Positions 29,483 to 40,216 of a stretch of 64,000 nt of DNA are shown in pieces. The stretch comes from a bacterium (GTDB lineage Bacteria; UBA8248), in the NCBI GenBank assembly GCA_965221165.1, contig CBDCRP010000002.1:192001-256000 (forward strand). The letters are read 5' to 3'. How positions within the stretch are numbered: the stretch's first letter is position 1; each line of letters starts with the position of its first letter. A model generated the notes under the pieces. It saw only the letters and a list, made by a program, of their open reading frames with translations, had not been told where the DNA came from and ran no database searches. A program made the translations under genes and the position numbers.

Positions 29483-29585
29483 ACCTTCTCTCCCTCCCCC
29501 TTGGCTCGAAACCGCAGGGGAGTGTATATTTCTCGACTTGTGACGAGAAACCCGTACTTTTTTCTTTCTTTTTGAAGGTTTTCGC

Positions 29586-30461
29586 ATGGAAGCAAGAGAC
29601 AGAGCGGCGACACTGGTTGAAGCGCTGCCCTATATCCAACAGTTTGCGGGCAAGACCATCGTCGTCAAATACGGCGGAGCCGCCCAGGTGCAGCCGGAGC
29701 TCCACGCCCCGTTCGCCCAGGATATCGTGTTGCTCAAGTATGTGGGGATCAACGTGGTAGTCGTTCATGGCGGCGGCCCGCAAATCGGCGAGACCCTCAA
29801 GAAAATCGGCAAAACCAGCGAATTCATCGAAGGCCTCAGAGTGACGGACGAGGAGACGGTCGGCGTGGTGGAGATGGTGCTTTCCGGCTCCACGAACAAA
29901 AGCATCGTGAGGCTCATCAACCGGCACGGGGGAAACGCCGTGGGTCTTTCCGGCTCCGACGCCGGCCTCACGACGGCCAAGAAACTGACCATGAGCAGAA
30001 AAGGACCGGGCGGAGAAGACGTGGAGTACGACCTGGGGCGTGTCGGCGAGGTCCTTGCCATACGGCCCGACATTATTCACCACCTCACGGAGGGCGGGTT
30101 CATCCCCGTCATCGCTCCTTTGGGTGTCGGGAAGGACGGCAACATTTACAACATCAACGCCGATTCGGCCGCCGGCGCCATCGCCGGAGCGCTCCATGCG
30201 GAAAAATTCATACTCTTGACGGACGTGCCCGGCATTCTGGACAAAAGCGAAAACCTCATCAGCACCGTGAAGCGCGATGAGGTCGGTAAATTGAAAGACG
30301 AGAAAATCATCACCGGCGGAATGATTCCGAAAGTAGACGCCTGTCTGGACGCCCTCGCATCGAGCGTGACGAAAACCCACATCGTGGACGGCAGGGTGCC
30401 TCATGCGGTTTTACTCGAAGTGTTCACGAAAGAAGGCGTGGGCACGCAAATCGTCAGATAG
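29586..30461 (+). CDS. argB: Acetylglutamate kinase
   Basis: VVKYGG, VHGGGPQI, GLRVTD, YNINAD and GGMIPK. Confidence 0.95.
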   Translation: MEARDRAATLVEALPYIQQFAGKTIVVKYGGAAQVQPELHAPFAQDIVLLKYVGINVVVVHGGGPQIGETLKKIGKTSEFIEGLRVTDEETVGVVEMVLSGSTNKSIVRLINRHGGNAVGLSGSDAGLTTAKKLTMSRKGPGGEDVEYDLGRVGEVLAIRPDIIHHLTEGGFIPVIAPLGVGKDGNIYNINADSAAGAIAGALHAEKFILLTDVPGILDKSENLISTVKRDEVGKLKDEKIITGGMIPKVDACLDALASSVTKTHIVDGRVPHAVLLEVFTKEGVGTQIVR

Positions 30462-30481
30462 CTTCATTTTTGGGGAAAAGC

Positions 30482-31675
30482 ATGGACAATTCCACACTGA
30501 TCTCGGACGCCGAACTACACGTAGCCCCCACGTACGGACGTTACCCCATCGCTTTGGTCCGTGGCGAAGGCTGCCGCGTCTGGGATGCGGACGGAAAAGA
30601 ATATCTGGATTTCGTATCCGGCCTCGCCGTCTGCAACCTCGGGCATTGCCACCCCGGCGTGGTGGCCGCCATCAGGGATCAGGCCGGGAAACTGATTCAC
30701 GTCTCGAATCTCTACCATATCGAGCCCCAAATCGAGTTGGCGAAAAGACTCAACCGGCTCTCTTTCGGCGATAAGGTTTTTTTCTGCAACAGCGGCACGG
30801 AGGCCGTGGAAGCGGCGCTGAAGCTCGCCAGAAAATACTCGTACAAAAAATACGGGGAAGGCAGGCACGAAATACTGAGTTTCGACATGAGCTTTCACGG
30901 CCGCACGATGGCTTCGCTCACCGCCACGGGCCAGACGAAATTTCACGGGGCGTTCAAGCCGCTGCTGCCCGGATTCCGCTACGTGCCCTTCGGCGACGTG
31001 GAGTCCGTGGCCGCTTCGGTTTCGGAGCAAACCTGCGCCATCATGGTGGAGCCCATTCAGGGCGAGGGGGGCGTGAACGTGCCGCCCGATGGCTATCTGA
31101 AGGGTTTGAGGGAGATTTGCGACGCGAACGACCTGCTCCTGCTCTTCGACGAGGTGCAGGTCGGCCTGGGCAGGACGGGCAAACTCTGGGCGTATGAGCA
31201 CGAGGGCGTGGCGCCGGACGCCATGAGCCTGGCGAAGGCCCTGGCGGGCGGAACCGCCATCGGCGCGCTGGTCGCCTCGGACAAGGCCATGGCGTTCGAG
31301 CCGGGCGATCACGCGGCGACGTTCGGGGGCAATCCCCTGGCCACCGCCGCGGGGTGCGCCGCGATGGACGCCATCACCGCGCCCGGCTTCTTAGCGCACG
31401 TCGAGGAAATGGGAGCGTACGCCACCGCAGGTCTCGAGGATTTGGCGGCGCGCCATTCCATCATCAAGGAGATCAGGGGCAAGGGGTTGATCATCGGCTG
31501 CGAGGTGGACGTGGACGCTACTTCCATCGTCACCAAGGGGCTCGAGGCCGGTTTTTTGCTCAACGTGGCCGTCCAGAAGGTCATCCGGCTCATCCCTCCC
31601 CTCGTCGTGGAAAAAGAGATGATCGACAAGCTGATGAATTTCCTGGATGACGCCCTCGCGGATTTGGTGAAATGA
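30482..31675 (+). CDS. argD: Acetylornithine aminotransferase
   Basis: FFCNSGTEA, SFHGRT, EPIQGEGG, FDEVQ, SLAK and TFGGNP; lies in the arg cluster. Confidence 0.92.
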   Translation: MDNSTLISDAELHVAPTYGRYPIALVRGEGCRVWDADGKEYLDFVSGLAVCNLGHCHPGVVAAIRDQAGKLIHVSNLYHIEPQIELAKRLNRLSFGDKVFFCNSGTEAVEAALKLARKYSYKKYGEGRHEILSFDMSFHGRTMASLTATGQTKFHGAFKPLLPGFRYVPFGDVESVAASVSEQTCAIMVEPIQGEGGVNVPPDGYLKGLREICDANDLLLLFDEVQVGLGRTGKLWAYEHEGVAPDAMSLAKALAGGTAIGALVASDKAMAFEPGDHAATFGGNPLATAAGCAAMDAITAPGFLAHVEEMGAYATAGLEDLAARHSIIKEIRGKGLIIGCEVDVDATSIVTKGLEAGFLLNVAVQKVIRLIPPLVVEKEMIDKLMNFLDDALADLVK

Positions 31676-32610
31676 CAAAACGCGACTACCTCACCGGCGA
31701 TGAACTGAGCGCCGCGCAAACGCTCGGGCTCATAGAAGAGGCGCTCGTCCAGAAAAAAGAAACGGCCCGGGGGATACTGCGCCCTGCGTTGGCGGGAAAG
31801 AATTTTGCGCTTGTTTTCGAAAAGCACTCCACGAGAACGAGGGTTTCTTTCGAGGCGGGTCTCTCGCAACTGGGCGCGAACTCTATTTTCCTGGCTCCGA
31901 ACGACACGCAAATCGCCCGGGGGGAAACCCCCGCAGACAGCGCCAGGGTTCTGAGTGAGTATGTGGACGGCATTATCGTCAGAACCTATGCGCACGCGCG
32001 CGTGGAGGAGATCGCCGCCAATGCGTGTGTTCCCGTCATCAACGGCCTGACGGACCTTCACCACCCCTGCCAGGCCCTCGCTGATTTTCTGACGATGCGA
32101 GAACACTTCGGCACCTTGGAGAACTTGAAGCTCGCCTACCTGGGAGACGGGAACAACGTGTTGCATTCTCTGCTGATCGTGGGCGCGTTGGTCGGGGTGG
32201 ACATCAGCGCGGCATGTCCCAAAGGGTTTTGGCCAGACCCCCGAATTCTGGAGCAAGCCCGGGGTTCAGAGCGGGAATCGAACGCGCGAATCAAGATTAC
32301 CGAAGACGTAGAAGAAGCATGCGCCGGGGCCGACGCCGTGTATACGGACGTGTGGACTTCCATGGGCCAGGAAGAGGAGAACGAGCGCCGCCAGAAAGTT
32401 CTGGCCCCGTACCAGGTGAACGAAGAAGCATTTCGACATGCGAATAAAGACGCCGTTTTCATGCACTGTCTCCCCGCGCACAGGGGGGAAGAAGTGACGG
32501 CGAATGTCATGGACGGCCCGAGGAGCGTCGTTTTCACGCAAGCCGGGAATCGACTCCACGCACAGAAGATTCTCCTTCAAATTCTAGCCGGAGGAAGTAA
32601 TGGCGCCTAA
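31672..32610 (+). CDS. argF: Ornithine carbamoyltransferase
   Basis: [20 protein letters not shown] and HCLP. Confidence 0.95.
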   Translation: MTKRDYLTGDELSAAQTLGLIEEALVQKKETARGILRPALAGKNFALVFEKHSTRTRVSFEAGLSQLGANSIFLAPNDTQIARGETPADSARVLSEYVDGIIVRTYAHARVEEIAANACVPVINGLTDLHHPCQALADFLTMREHFGTLENLKLAYLGDGNNVLHSLLIVGALVGVDISAACPKGFWPDPRILEQARGSERESNARIKITEDVEEACAGADAVYTDVWTSMGQEEENERRQKVLAPYQVNEEAFRHANKDAVFMHCLPAHRGEEVTANVMDGPRSVVFTQAGNRLHAQKILLQILAGGSNGA

Positions 32611-33811
32611 GCCGAGCCGAGTCGTCCTCGCCTACTCAGGGGGGCTGGATACCTCCGTCATGCTCAAGTGGATTAAAGAACAATATGAATGCCCCGTCGT
32701 GGCCTACGCGGCGGACGTCGGCCAGGGTGCCGGCGAACTCGACGGCTTGGAGGAAAAGGCGTTGGCCACGGGTGCGGAGTCCTGCCACGTTCTGGATTTG
32801 AGAGAAGAATTCGCGCGAGACTACATCTTCCCGATGCTGCGCGCCGGCGCCGTCTATGAGGGCGCCTACCTTCTGGGGACGTCCATCGCCAGGCCTCTCA
32901 TCGCGAAAGGCCACATGGACGTGCTCAAGAAAACGGGGGGCGACGCCGTCGCCCACGGCGCGACGGGCAAGGGAAACGACCAGGTGCGCTTCGAGTTGAC
33001 CTATGCTTCCATCGACCCGGACGTCACCATCATCGCGCCCTGGCGCGACTGGGACTTCGGGGGGCGCTCCCACCTCATCGCCTATGCAGAAAGACACGGC
33101 ATACCGATACCCGTTACGGCGGAAAAACCCTATTCGATGGACAGAAACCTACTGCACATCAGTTTCGAGGGCGGAGTTCTGGAAGACCCCTGGGCGGAGC
33201 CGCCTGCGGATATGTACGTCTTGAGCGCATCGCCCGAAAAAGCGCCCGATACGCCCGAATACGTCGAAATCGAGTTCGAGGAGGGTGATCCCGTGGCCTT
33301 AAACGGAGAGGCTCTCTCGCCGGTCGCCATGATGGAGCAACTAAACGCCCTGGCGGGCGCCCACAGCGTGGGCCGGGTGGATTTGGTGGAAAATCGCTTC
33401 GTGGGCATGAAGAGCAGAGGCGTGTACGAGACGCCCGCAGGCACGGTTCTTCACGCGGCGCGCCGGGCCGTGGAATCCCTCACGATGGACAGGGAAGTCA
33501 TGCAATTGCGCGATTCCCTGATCCCCAAGTACGCGCAACTCGTCTACAACGGTTTCTGGTTTGCGCCCGAGCGGGAATTCCTGCAATCCGCCATCGATCG
33601 CGCGGCGGAACCGGTTTGCGGCTCCGCCAGGATGAAACTCTACAAGGGCGCTTGCAGCGTCGTGGGCAGAAAAGCGCCCGAGGATATGACCCTCTACCGC
33701 CCCGACCTCGCCACCTTCGAGGAAGACACGGTGTATTCTCAAAAAGACGCGGAAGGATTCATTCGCCTGAACGCCTTGCGGCTGCGGGTGCGCGCGCAAC
33801 GCAATTCTTAA
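32600..33811 (+). CDS. argG: Argininosuccinate synthase
   Basis: [23 protein letters not shown] and [10 protein letters not shown]. Confidence 0.97.
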   Translation: MAPKPSRVVLAYSGGLDTSVMLKWIKEQYECPVVAYAADVGQGAGELDGLEEKALATGAESCHVLDLREEFARDYIFPMLRAGAVYEGAYLLGTSIARPLIAKGHMDVLKKTGGDAVAHGATGKGNDQVRFELTYASIDPDVTIIAPWRDWDFGGRSHLIAYAERHGIPIPVTAEKPYSMDRNLLHISFEGGVLEDPWAEPPADMYVLSASPEKAPDTPEYVEIEFEEGDPVALNGEALSPVAMMEQLNALAGAHSVGRVDLVENRFVGMKSRGVYETPAGTVLHAARRAVESLTMDREVMQLRDSLIPKYAQLVYNGFWFAPEREFLQSAIDRAAEPVCGSARMKLYKGACSVVGRKAPEDMTLYRPDLATFEEDTVYSQKDAEGFIRLNALRLRVRAQRNS

Positions 33812-33951
33812 TGTAATTCCTGAACTTTAAACTGTAAAGTGCTGGATAATATGCCCTGAAATCGATGTTCTACCGCGAGGCGTATCACGAACTGAGCACC
33901 CGTGAACAACAGCCCTCCTCATTCGAGACGACCTACTCTATCCCGAGATAT

Positions 33952-34881
33952 TCAGGCTTTGGCCGCAGAGCTTTTCTTTCTTCTGGAGCCGCGGCGCGCC
34001 GTCTCGGGCCATGCCAGCAGGATGGGACTCGCCACGTAAATAGAAGAGTACGTACCGGCCACGATGCCTATAGCAAGCGCAAACGCCACGTCGGAAATCA
34101 CGTCGCCCCCCAGGAAGAGGAACACCAGCACGGCGACCAGCGTCGTTCCGGAGGTAAGCAGCGTGCGGGAAAGGGTCTGGTTGATGGATTTATTGACGAG
34201 TCCTGAAAACTCGGCGCGCCTCGAAGCGCGCGTATTTTCGCGGATACGGTCGAACACGACGATGGTGTCGTTCAGCGAATAACCGATGATCGTCAGAACA
34301 GCCGCCACTATCGGGAGGGAAAATTCCTTGCCGGACAAGGCGAAGACGCCGAGCGTGATGACGACGTCGTGCAAAAGCGCCACGACCGAGGCAATCGCCT
34401 GGCGAAACTGAAACCTGAAACTGATGTAAAGCAGGATGCCGATGAGGGCGAACAGCATGCTGCTGAGCGCCTTCTGGCGCAAGTCCGCACCCACTTTGGG
34501 GCCCACCATTTCGGTTCGTCTCATCTCGAACGCATCTTTTCCGAATTTTTTGATAAGCGCGATTTTCACGAGGGATTCGACCCCCTTGATGTTGCCCGAG
34601 CTTTTCTCCACGCGAATCAGAAACTCTCTGTCGGAACCGAAATTCTGGATGACCGTATCGCCCAAAGAAAGTCCCCCGACGGCGCTGCGAATATCGCCAA
34701 TCGGTCTGGCGTCTTTGAACTGCACCTGAACCAGCGTTCCTCCGGTGAAATCGATGCCGTAATTTATCCCTTTGGTGAGGAGCAGGAGAAGGGACACCAC
34801 GACGACCGCGGTGGAAATACCGACGAAGAGTTTGGTTTTGCCGATAATGTCAAATGATGCGTCTGGCCGGATAATCTCCAT
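33952..34881 (-). CDS. secF: Protein translocase subunit SecF
   Basis: GIDFTGG, VGPKVG, GYSLNDTIVVFDRIRE and GTYSSI. Confidence 0.96.
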   Translation of the reverse strand: MEIIRPDASFDIIGKTKLFVGISTAVVVVSLLLLLTKGINYGIDFTGGTLVQVQFKDARPIGDIRSAVGGLSLGDTVIQNFGSDREFLIRVEKSSGNIKGVESLVKIALIKKFGKDAFEMRRTEMVGPKVGADLRQKALSSMLFALIGILLYISFRFQFRQAIASVVALLHDVVITLGVFALSGKEFSLPIVAAVLTIIGYSLNDTIVVFDRIRENTRASRRAEFSGLVNKSINQTLSRTLLTSGTTLVAVLVFLFLGGDVISDVAFALAIGIVAGTYSSIYVASPILLAWPETARRGSRRKKSSAAKA

Positions 34882-36431
34882 TATATGCTCAAACTCCTCA
34901 CGTCGGTTCGGAACAAGAAGAAATCATAGACAAATCTGGTGACGAAAATCGCGGTGAACATACTCGCCACGATGCCGATGCTGAGGGTGACGGCGAATCC
35001 CTTGATGGGTCCCGTCCCGAATTGCAGGAGCACCAGCGCGGCGATGAGCGTCGTTATATTCGCGTCCAGAATCGTGAGGAAGGCTTTCCCGTAACCAGAA
35101 TCGATGGCGGAGCGAATGGTTTTTCCCAGGCGCAACTCTTCTCTGATTCGCTCGAAAATCAGAACGTTGGCGTCCACCGCCATACCGACCGTCAGCACGA
35201 TGCCGGCGATTCCCGGCAGGGTCAGCGTGGCGCCGAAGAACCCGAGCGCTCCCATGAGTATCAGGAGATTGAAAAGAAGCGCCATGATGGCCACGGCACC
35301 GCTCAACTTGTAGTAGATGGCCATGAATATCAAAACGAGAATGAAGCCGACGATAATGCTGATGAGGCCCTGGCGCACGGAATCCGCACCCAGCGATGGC
35401 CCGACGTTTCTTTCTTCCAGAACTTCCACCGGGGCGGGAAGCGCCCCCGCTCTCAGGGCTATCGCCAGATCCGTCGCTTCTTCAAGCGTGAAACTTCCCG
35501 TTATCTGCGCCCTGCCCTGGCTGATTCGCTCCTGAATCGTAGGCGCGCTGTAGACGACGCCATCCAGCACGATGGCGAGGCGCCTGCCCACGTTGGCCGC
35601 CGTGAGGCGATCGAACGAATCCGCACCCACGGAATCGAACGCGATGGCCACGTAGGACTGGTTGAAGCGATCTCCGATTTCCACGCGCGCATCGGTCAGG
35701 TTGTCCCCTGTCAAGGCGGCTTCTCTCTTCACCAGCAAGGGTGTGCGTTGAACCACCTCGCCCGTCTGCCTGTCTCTCGTTACCTCATACAACAAATCCA
35801 GGCCCTCGGGCGCGCGGCCGCTTTCCTGCGCACGGGAGACATTCGCGCTGCTATCCACCATCTTGAACTCCAGGAGCGCCGTTTTCCCGATGAGAGACTT
35901 CGCCCGGGAAGGATCCTCCACTCCGGGGAGCTGGATGATAATCCGCCGCTCTCCCTGGCGCTGAAGCGTGGGCTCGCGCACGCCGAACTGATCGATGCGA
36001 TTCCGTATCGTCTCGAGCGCCTGAATGATGGATTGCTCTTTCGTGCGCTCCACCTGTTGTTGCGCCAGGAAATATACGAAACTCGGCGGGGTCCCCTCTT
36101 CCCTCTCCAGGGTGAGGTCCGGGTAACTCTGCATCATCGTGAGGAAGCGCCCCCTGTCGGCGGGACGATGAAGCGCTACGCTCAGCCTCAGCCCGTCGCG
36201 CTTGAAGGTTCGGGTGCGTATGTCGTCTATGGAAAGGCGGTTGCGCAACTCCGTGAAATAGCGGCTCATTTTCGATTCCACCGCTTTTTCGGATTGCACC
36301 TCGAGAACCAGATGAATCCCGCCCTGCAAATCAAGCCCGAGATTGATGCGCTCGTCCGGAGGGATCAGATAAAACGCGGAAACGGCTATTACGATTGCTA
36401 TCAAACCTGCCCGCCAACTTGCACCCCTCAT
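34881..36431 (-). CDS. secD: Protein translocase subunit SecD
   Basis: LGLDLQGG, GALPAP, VGPSLG and GMAVDANVLIFERIREE. Confidence 0.97.
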   Translation of the reverse strand: MRGASWRAGLIAIVIAVSAFYLIPPDERINLGLDLQGGIHLVLEVQSEKAVESKMSRYFTELRNRLSIDDIRTRTFKRDGLRLSVALHRPADRGRFLTMMQSYPDLTLEREEGTPPSFVYFLAQQQVERTKEQSIIQALETIRNRIDQFGVREPTLQRQGERRIIIQLPGVEDPSRAKSLIGKTALLEFKMVDSSANVSRAQESGRAPEGLDLLYEVTRDRQTGEVVQRTPLLVKREAALTGDNLTDARVEIGDRFNQSYVAIAFDSVGADSFDRLTAANVGRRLAIVLDGVVYSAPTIQERISQGRAQITGSFTLEEATDLAIALRAGALPAPVEVLEERNVGPSLGADSVRQGLISIIVGFILVLIFMAIYYKLSGAVAIMALLFNLLILMGALGFFGATLTLPGIAGIVLTVGMAVDANVLIFERIREELRLGKTIRSAIDSGYGKAFLTILDANITTLIAALVLLQFGTGPIKGFAVTLSIGIVASMFTAIFVTRFVYDFFLFRTDVRSLSI

Positions 36432-36506
36432 GGAACTCTCCTTACGCCGGGTGGTTCGGTTCCACCCGTCTCATAAATCATTTCACCGGGTAAAGGCAAA
36501 ATGATT

Positions 36507-36902
36507 TCACTTTTGCTTTTCTGGTTTTTCTTTCTGGGGAGCCTTGTTCTTCTCCGCACTCGCGCTCGAAGAGGTAATCGTCACAAAAGACCTTTGTACG
36601 CGAATACGCATGTTTTCATCCACTTTCAGCGTGATGATATCGTCCTTGATTCTCGCCACTTCACCCAGAATTCCACTCGCGACGACCTGATCTCCAGGCT
36701 TGAGAGCCTCTTGCATCCTGCGAATTTCCTGCTGTTTTTTTTGCTGGGGCCTGATCATGATGAAATAAATGATGGCGAAAATCATCAGGAACGGCGCCAA
36801 CTGAATCAAGAAACTGGGTGAGCCACCGCCGCCGCCGGAAGGAGGAGCCATGGCGTACGCAACAGAAGAATCGGCCAACCATGCCGCTAAAGAATCCAAC
36901 AT
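36507..36902 (-). CDS. yajC: Preprotein translocase subunit YajC
   Basis: YFIMIRPQQKK...LKPGDQVV.SGI; lies between tgt and secD. Confidence 0.93.
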   Translation of the reverse strand: MLDSLAAWLADSSVAYAMAPPSGGGGGSPSFLIQLAPFLMIFAIIYFIMIRPQQKKQQEIRRMQEALKPGDQVVASGILGEVARIKDDIITLKVDENMRIRVQRSFVTITSSSASAEKNKAPQKEKPEKQK

Positions 36903-37005
36903 TCTCTATATCTCCATGAAAAAGGCGCTCCGTCGGGCAACGTAGCCAAGGCTTCGTAACAAAGCCCCCACTCCTTGTCAAGCAAAGGCATTAAGAATCA
37001 GTCTC

Positions 37006-38208
37006 TTATTCTTTGGCGGAAAGCCCGGAAACAAAGCGTCCCGAACGATCCCGGCGCACCCCACCACCACCCGGAGGTCCTTCCGGGTCCCGGCCCAGGG
37101 GTCCTGCGAGTTGCTCCTCCGCCCAGGAGGAGAAACGGCCCTCGTTGATTGCTTTTCGCGCCTGGGCGAGCAAATCCTGATAAAAATAAAGATTGTGAAT
37201 CGTCATGAGGCGTAGCCCCAGGGTTTCTCCCGCCTGGAACAAATGCCTCAGGTATGCGCGGCTATAACCTTTGCGGCACACAGGGCACCCGCAATCCGGA
37301 TCGATCGGCCCGGGGGCCTCGGTGTGCGACGCATTTTTGATGGAGAGCCTCCCGCTCCATGAAAAAAGATTCCCGCGCCTCGCATGGCGGGTCGGCATGA
37401 CGCAATCGAACATATCCGCACCCCTCAAGACGCCGCGAATCAAATCCGCCGGCGTACCCATTCCCATGACGTAGCGCGGCTTATGAAGCGGCAAAACATC
37501 CGTGGCCGCATCGAGAAGAGAGGCGGTCTCCACCTTCGTCTCTCCCAGGCAAAGACCGCCGACCGCGTAGCCCGGAAAATCGAGCGCCACCAGTTCCTTG
37601 GCGCTCAACTCCCTTAAATCCTCAAAACCTCCGCCCTGGACAATAGCGAAAAGCGCTTGACTCCCAAGGGTGTGCGCCTCTTTGGCTCTTTGCGCCCAAA
37701 GGGTCGTTCGCGCCAGGGCCTGGCGGGCTTCATCGCGCGTATGGGGAAAACCCAGGGGCTCATCGAGCACCATGGCGATGTCGGGACCTAAATTTTCCTG
37801 AACCTGAACGGCGCGCTCGGGCGTGAGCATCATCCGCGCGCCGTCGAGGTGGCTTTGAAAGTCGATTCCTTCATCAGATATCCTGGCGAGCGGGGCCAGG
37901 CTGAAAAGCTGGTATCCGCCGCTATCGGTGAGAATCGGGCCGTCCCAGCCCATGAACCGATGGAGCCCGCCCAGCCCGGCGATAACCTCATCTCCTGGTC
38001 TCAGAGACAAATGATACGCATTGGCGAGAATAATCCGGCAGCCTGCGGATAATAAATCCTCAGGCGCCAAAGTCTTGACGGTCGCCTGGGTGCCGACGGC
38101 CATGAAGGCGGGCGTCTCCACCTCGCCGTGCGAAAGCGCGAGACGACCCGTGCGGGCTTTGCTCTTCGCGTCCCGAGCGGTGATGAAAAATTGCAGGGAC
38201 GTATTCAC
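37006..38208 (-). CDS. tgt: tRNA-guanine transglycosylase
   Basis: ETPAFM.VGT, LTDSGGYQ, IVQGG, FDCVMPTR and CxCxxC...H Zn site; tgt-yajC-secDF synteny. Confidence 0.95.
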   Translation of the reverse strand: MNTSLQFFITARDAKSKARTGRLALSHGEVETPAFMAVGTQATVKTLAPEDLLSAGCRIILANAYHLSLRPGDEVIAGLGGLHRFMGWDGPILTDSGGYQLFSLAPLARISDEGIDFQSHLDGARMMLTPERAVQVQENLGPDIAMVLDEPLGFPHTRDEARQALARTTLWAQRAKEAHTLGSQALFAIVQGGGFEDLRELSAKELVALDFPGYAVGGLCLGETKVETASLLDAATDVLPLHKPRYVMGMGTPADLIRGVLRGADMFDCVMPTRHARRGNLFSWSGRLSIKNASHTEAPGPIDPDCGCPVCRKGYSRAYLRHLFQAGETLGLRLMTIHNLYFYQDLLAQARKAINEGRFSSWAEEQLAGPLGRDPEGPPGGGGVRRDRSGRFVSGLSAKE

Positions 38209-38963
38209 AGGACTTCTATGGGCCCCTCGGAACTGCCTGCGAGGAACTGCCGCACGAGAGGGTCTTCCGTGGACCTGATTTCATCCGGTTCTCCGGCGAA
38301 TATCATCCTGCCCCCGTGCAGCATCCCGATATAGTGCGCGAACCCGAGCACCTTTTCCACATCGTGGCTTATCATCAGGGTTGTCACCTGCAACACTTCC
38401 TGCATTCGAATGATCAGGCGGTGGATGGAGTCGGTGAGTATCGGGTCGAGTCCCGTTGTGGGTTCATCATACAAAATGATTTCAGGCTCACGGATAATCG
38501 CTCTCGCCAGCCCCACGCGCTTCTTCATTCCGCCCGATAATTGGGAAGGCATCCTCGACTCTACCCCGTCGAGCCCAACGAGATGCAAGGTTTCCTTCAC
38601 ACGCCCCGATATTTCCGAGCGCGTGAAACGAGAGTGCTCCACCAACGGGAACGCCACATTCTCTTCCACCGTCATCGAATCGAACAAGGCTGCTCCCTGA
38701 AAGAGCATCCCGAACTTCGAGCGCGCCTTGTTGAGTTCTGTTCCGCGCAATTTTGAAATATCGGCGCCATCTACCAGAATTTCTCCACTGTCGGGGTGCA
38801 AAAGACCCAACGAATGCTTCAACAAGACGCTTTTGCCTTCCCCGCTTCGCCCGATGATGGCCGTGATGCGCCCGCTCGGAACCTGAAAATCCACGCCGCG
38901 CAACACATGGTTCTCGCCAAAACTCTTTGCTATCGCCTTGTATTCAATCTTCGCCACGGCCAC
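38205..38963 (-). CDS. MlaF-like ABC transporter ATP-binding protein
   Basis: GRSGEGKS, GMLFQGAALFDSMTV.ENVAFPL, LSGGMKKRVGLARA and YDEPTTGLDP. Confidence 0.85.
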   Translation of the reverse strand: MAVAKIEYKAIAKSFGENHVLRGVDFQVPSGRITAIIGRSGEGKSVLLKHSLGLLHPDSGEILVDGADISKLRGTELNKARSKFGMLFQGAALFDSMTVEENVAFPLVEHSRFTRSEISGRVKETLHLVGLDGVESRMPSQLSGGMKKRVGLARAIIREPEIILYDEPTTGLDPILTDSIHRLIIRMQEVLQVTTLMISHDVEKVLGFAHYIGMLHGGRMIFAGEPDEIRSTEDPLVRQFLAGSSEGPIEVL

Positions 38964-38989
38964 TCTCGCCTCGGGAAAACAAAAATGCG

Positions 38990-40174
38990 CTAGAATTTGC
39001 GCACATGGCTCACCCGATTATCCCGCAGGTAGATTCTCGGGACACGGGAGCCCACTCCACACATGATCTCATAGGGAATCGTTTCGGCCCTGTCCGCCAT
39101 CTCCTCGCAACTGACGGCCCCGTCACCCTGCTCCCCCAGGAGGACAACCTCGTCCCCGGGCGCGACGCTTTCGATTTTCGACACATCGAGCGCCAGCATG
39201 TCCATGGATACGCGCCCCGCCACGGGAACCCGCACGCCGCCAACCAGCGCATCCGCCCGGTTCGAGAGGATGCGCGGATATCCATCTCCATACCCCGTCG
39301 CCACCATCGCGATTCGCCCGGGAGAATTTCTCTCATACGTTCCGCCATATCCGATGGGCCGGCCCGCATCTATTTTTTTCACCTGCAACACCCTCGCCAC
39401 CCACCTCATGGCGGATTTGAGGGCCACCTTTCCTGAAAACTGAGGCGATGAGCCATAAAGCGCAATACCCAGACGCACCAGGTTGCCGGGCGCGTGGGGA
39501 TAATTCAGAAATCCCGCGCTGTTCGCCATGTGGACATGGGGGGGAAGCAGACTCTTCTCCCTTAGCGTATGGATCAGCGCTTCCATCTCGCGAATCTGTC
39601 CGCCCGTCGCAATCTCTCCTTCTTCTTCGTCCGCCCGTGCGAGATGGCTCATCAGCCCTGCAATCTCGATATTCTCCTTTCGGGAAACGCTTTCGATGAA
39701 ATCGACGGCTTCCGCCGGGCGCAATCCCAAACGTCCCATCCCCGAATCCACTTTCACGTGGACTCTCGCTTTTTTGCCCACTCCTCTCGCCGCGCTCTCT
39801 AGGCCTTCAATCTGCTCCATATGCCAGACAGTGGCGTCACAATCCGCCTCGAGCAACCTTTTCGCGTTATACGCCAATGTATCGCTCATCACCAATATGC
39901 GCGCATCGGCAAATTCGCTCCCCGCCCCGAAAGCACCAGCGGCCCGAAGCGTCTCCGCCTCTGCGACCGCCGCCACCCCGAACCACCTGGCGCCCGCCTC
40001 ATATATGGCGCGAGCGACTTCTACGCCCCCGTGTCCGTAGCCTTCCGCTTTCACGACGGCGAACGGTTCCCGGGAGAGAAGCGGACTCGTCAAATTTTGA
40101 TAATTTCGAATCAGGATGTCCAGATCGATGAAAACGGCGTTGCGATATCCGGACGGAAGCAAATGTTCGCTCAA
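38990..40174 (-). CDS. alr: Alanine racemase
   Basis: AVVKAEGYGHG, HVKVDSGMGRLG, GYGDG and GRVSMD. Confidence 0.95.
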   Translation of the reverse strand: MSEHLLPSGYRNAVFIDLDILIRNYQNLTSPLLSREPFAVVKAEGYGHGGVEVARAIYEAGARWFGVAAVAEAETLRAAGAFGAGSEFADARILVMSDTLAYNAKRLLEADCDATVWHMEQIEGLESAARGVGKKARVHVKVDSGMGRLGLRPAEAVDFIESVSRKENIEIAGLMSHLARADEEEGEIATGGQIREMEALIHTLREKSLLPPHVHMANSAGFLNYPHAPGNLVRLGIALYGSSPQFSGKVALKSAMRWVARVLQVKKIDAGRPIGYGGTYERNSPGRIAMVATGYGDGYPRILSNRADALVGGVRVPVAGRVSMDMLALDVSKIESVAPGDEVVLLGEQGDGAVSCEEMADRAETIPYEIMCGVGSRVPRIYLRDNRVSHVRKF

Positions 40175-40216
40175 AAAAGAAGACCCCTTTTTGGAGACAT
40201 CTTCGCTATTTCGCCG

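Noticed and set aside
33812-33951. Replication terminus (dif) or origin at the strand switch
   Set aside because: No recognisable XerC/XerD dif arms or DnaA-box cluster.
35022-36476. Long antisense ORFs (484 aa here; also 28088-29338, 62136-63362, 931-1938, 17282-18319)
   Set aside because: They lie opposite well-supported genes and have no recognisable motifs. Such shadow ORFs are expected from GC-rich codon bias.
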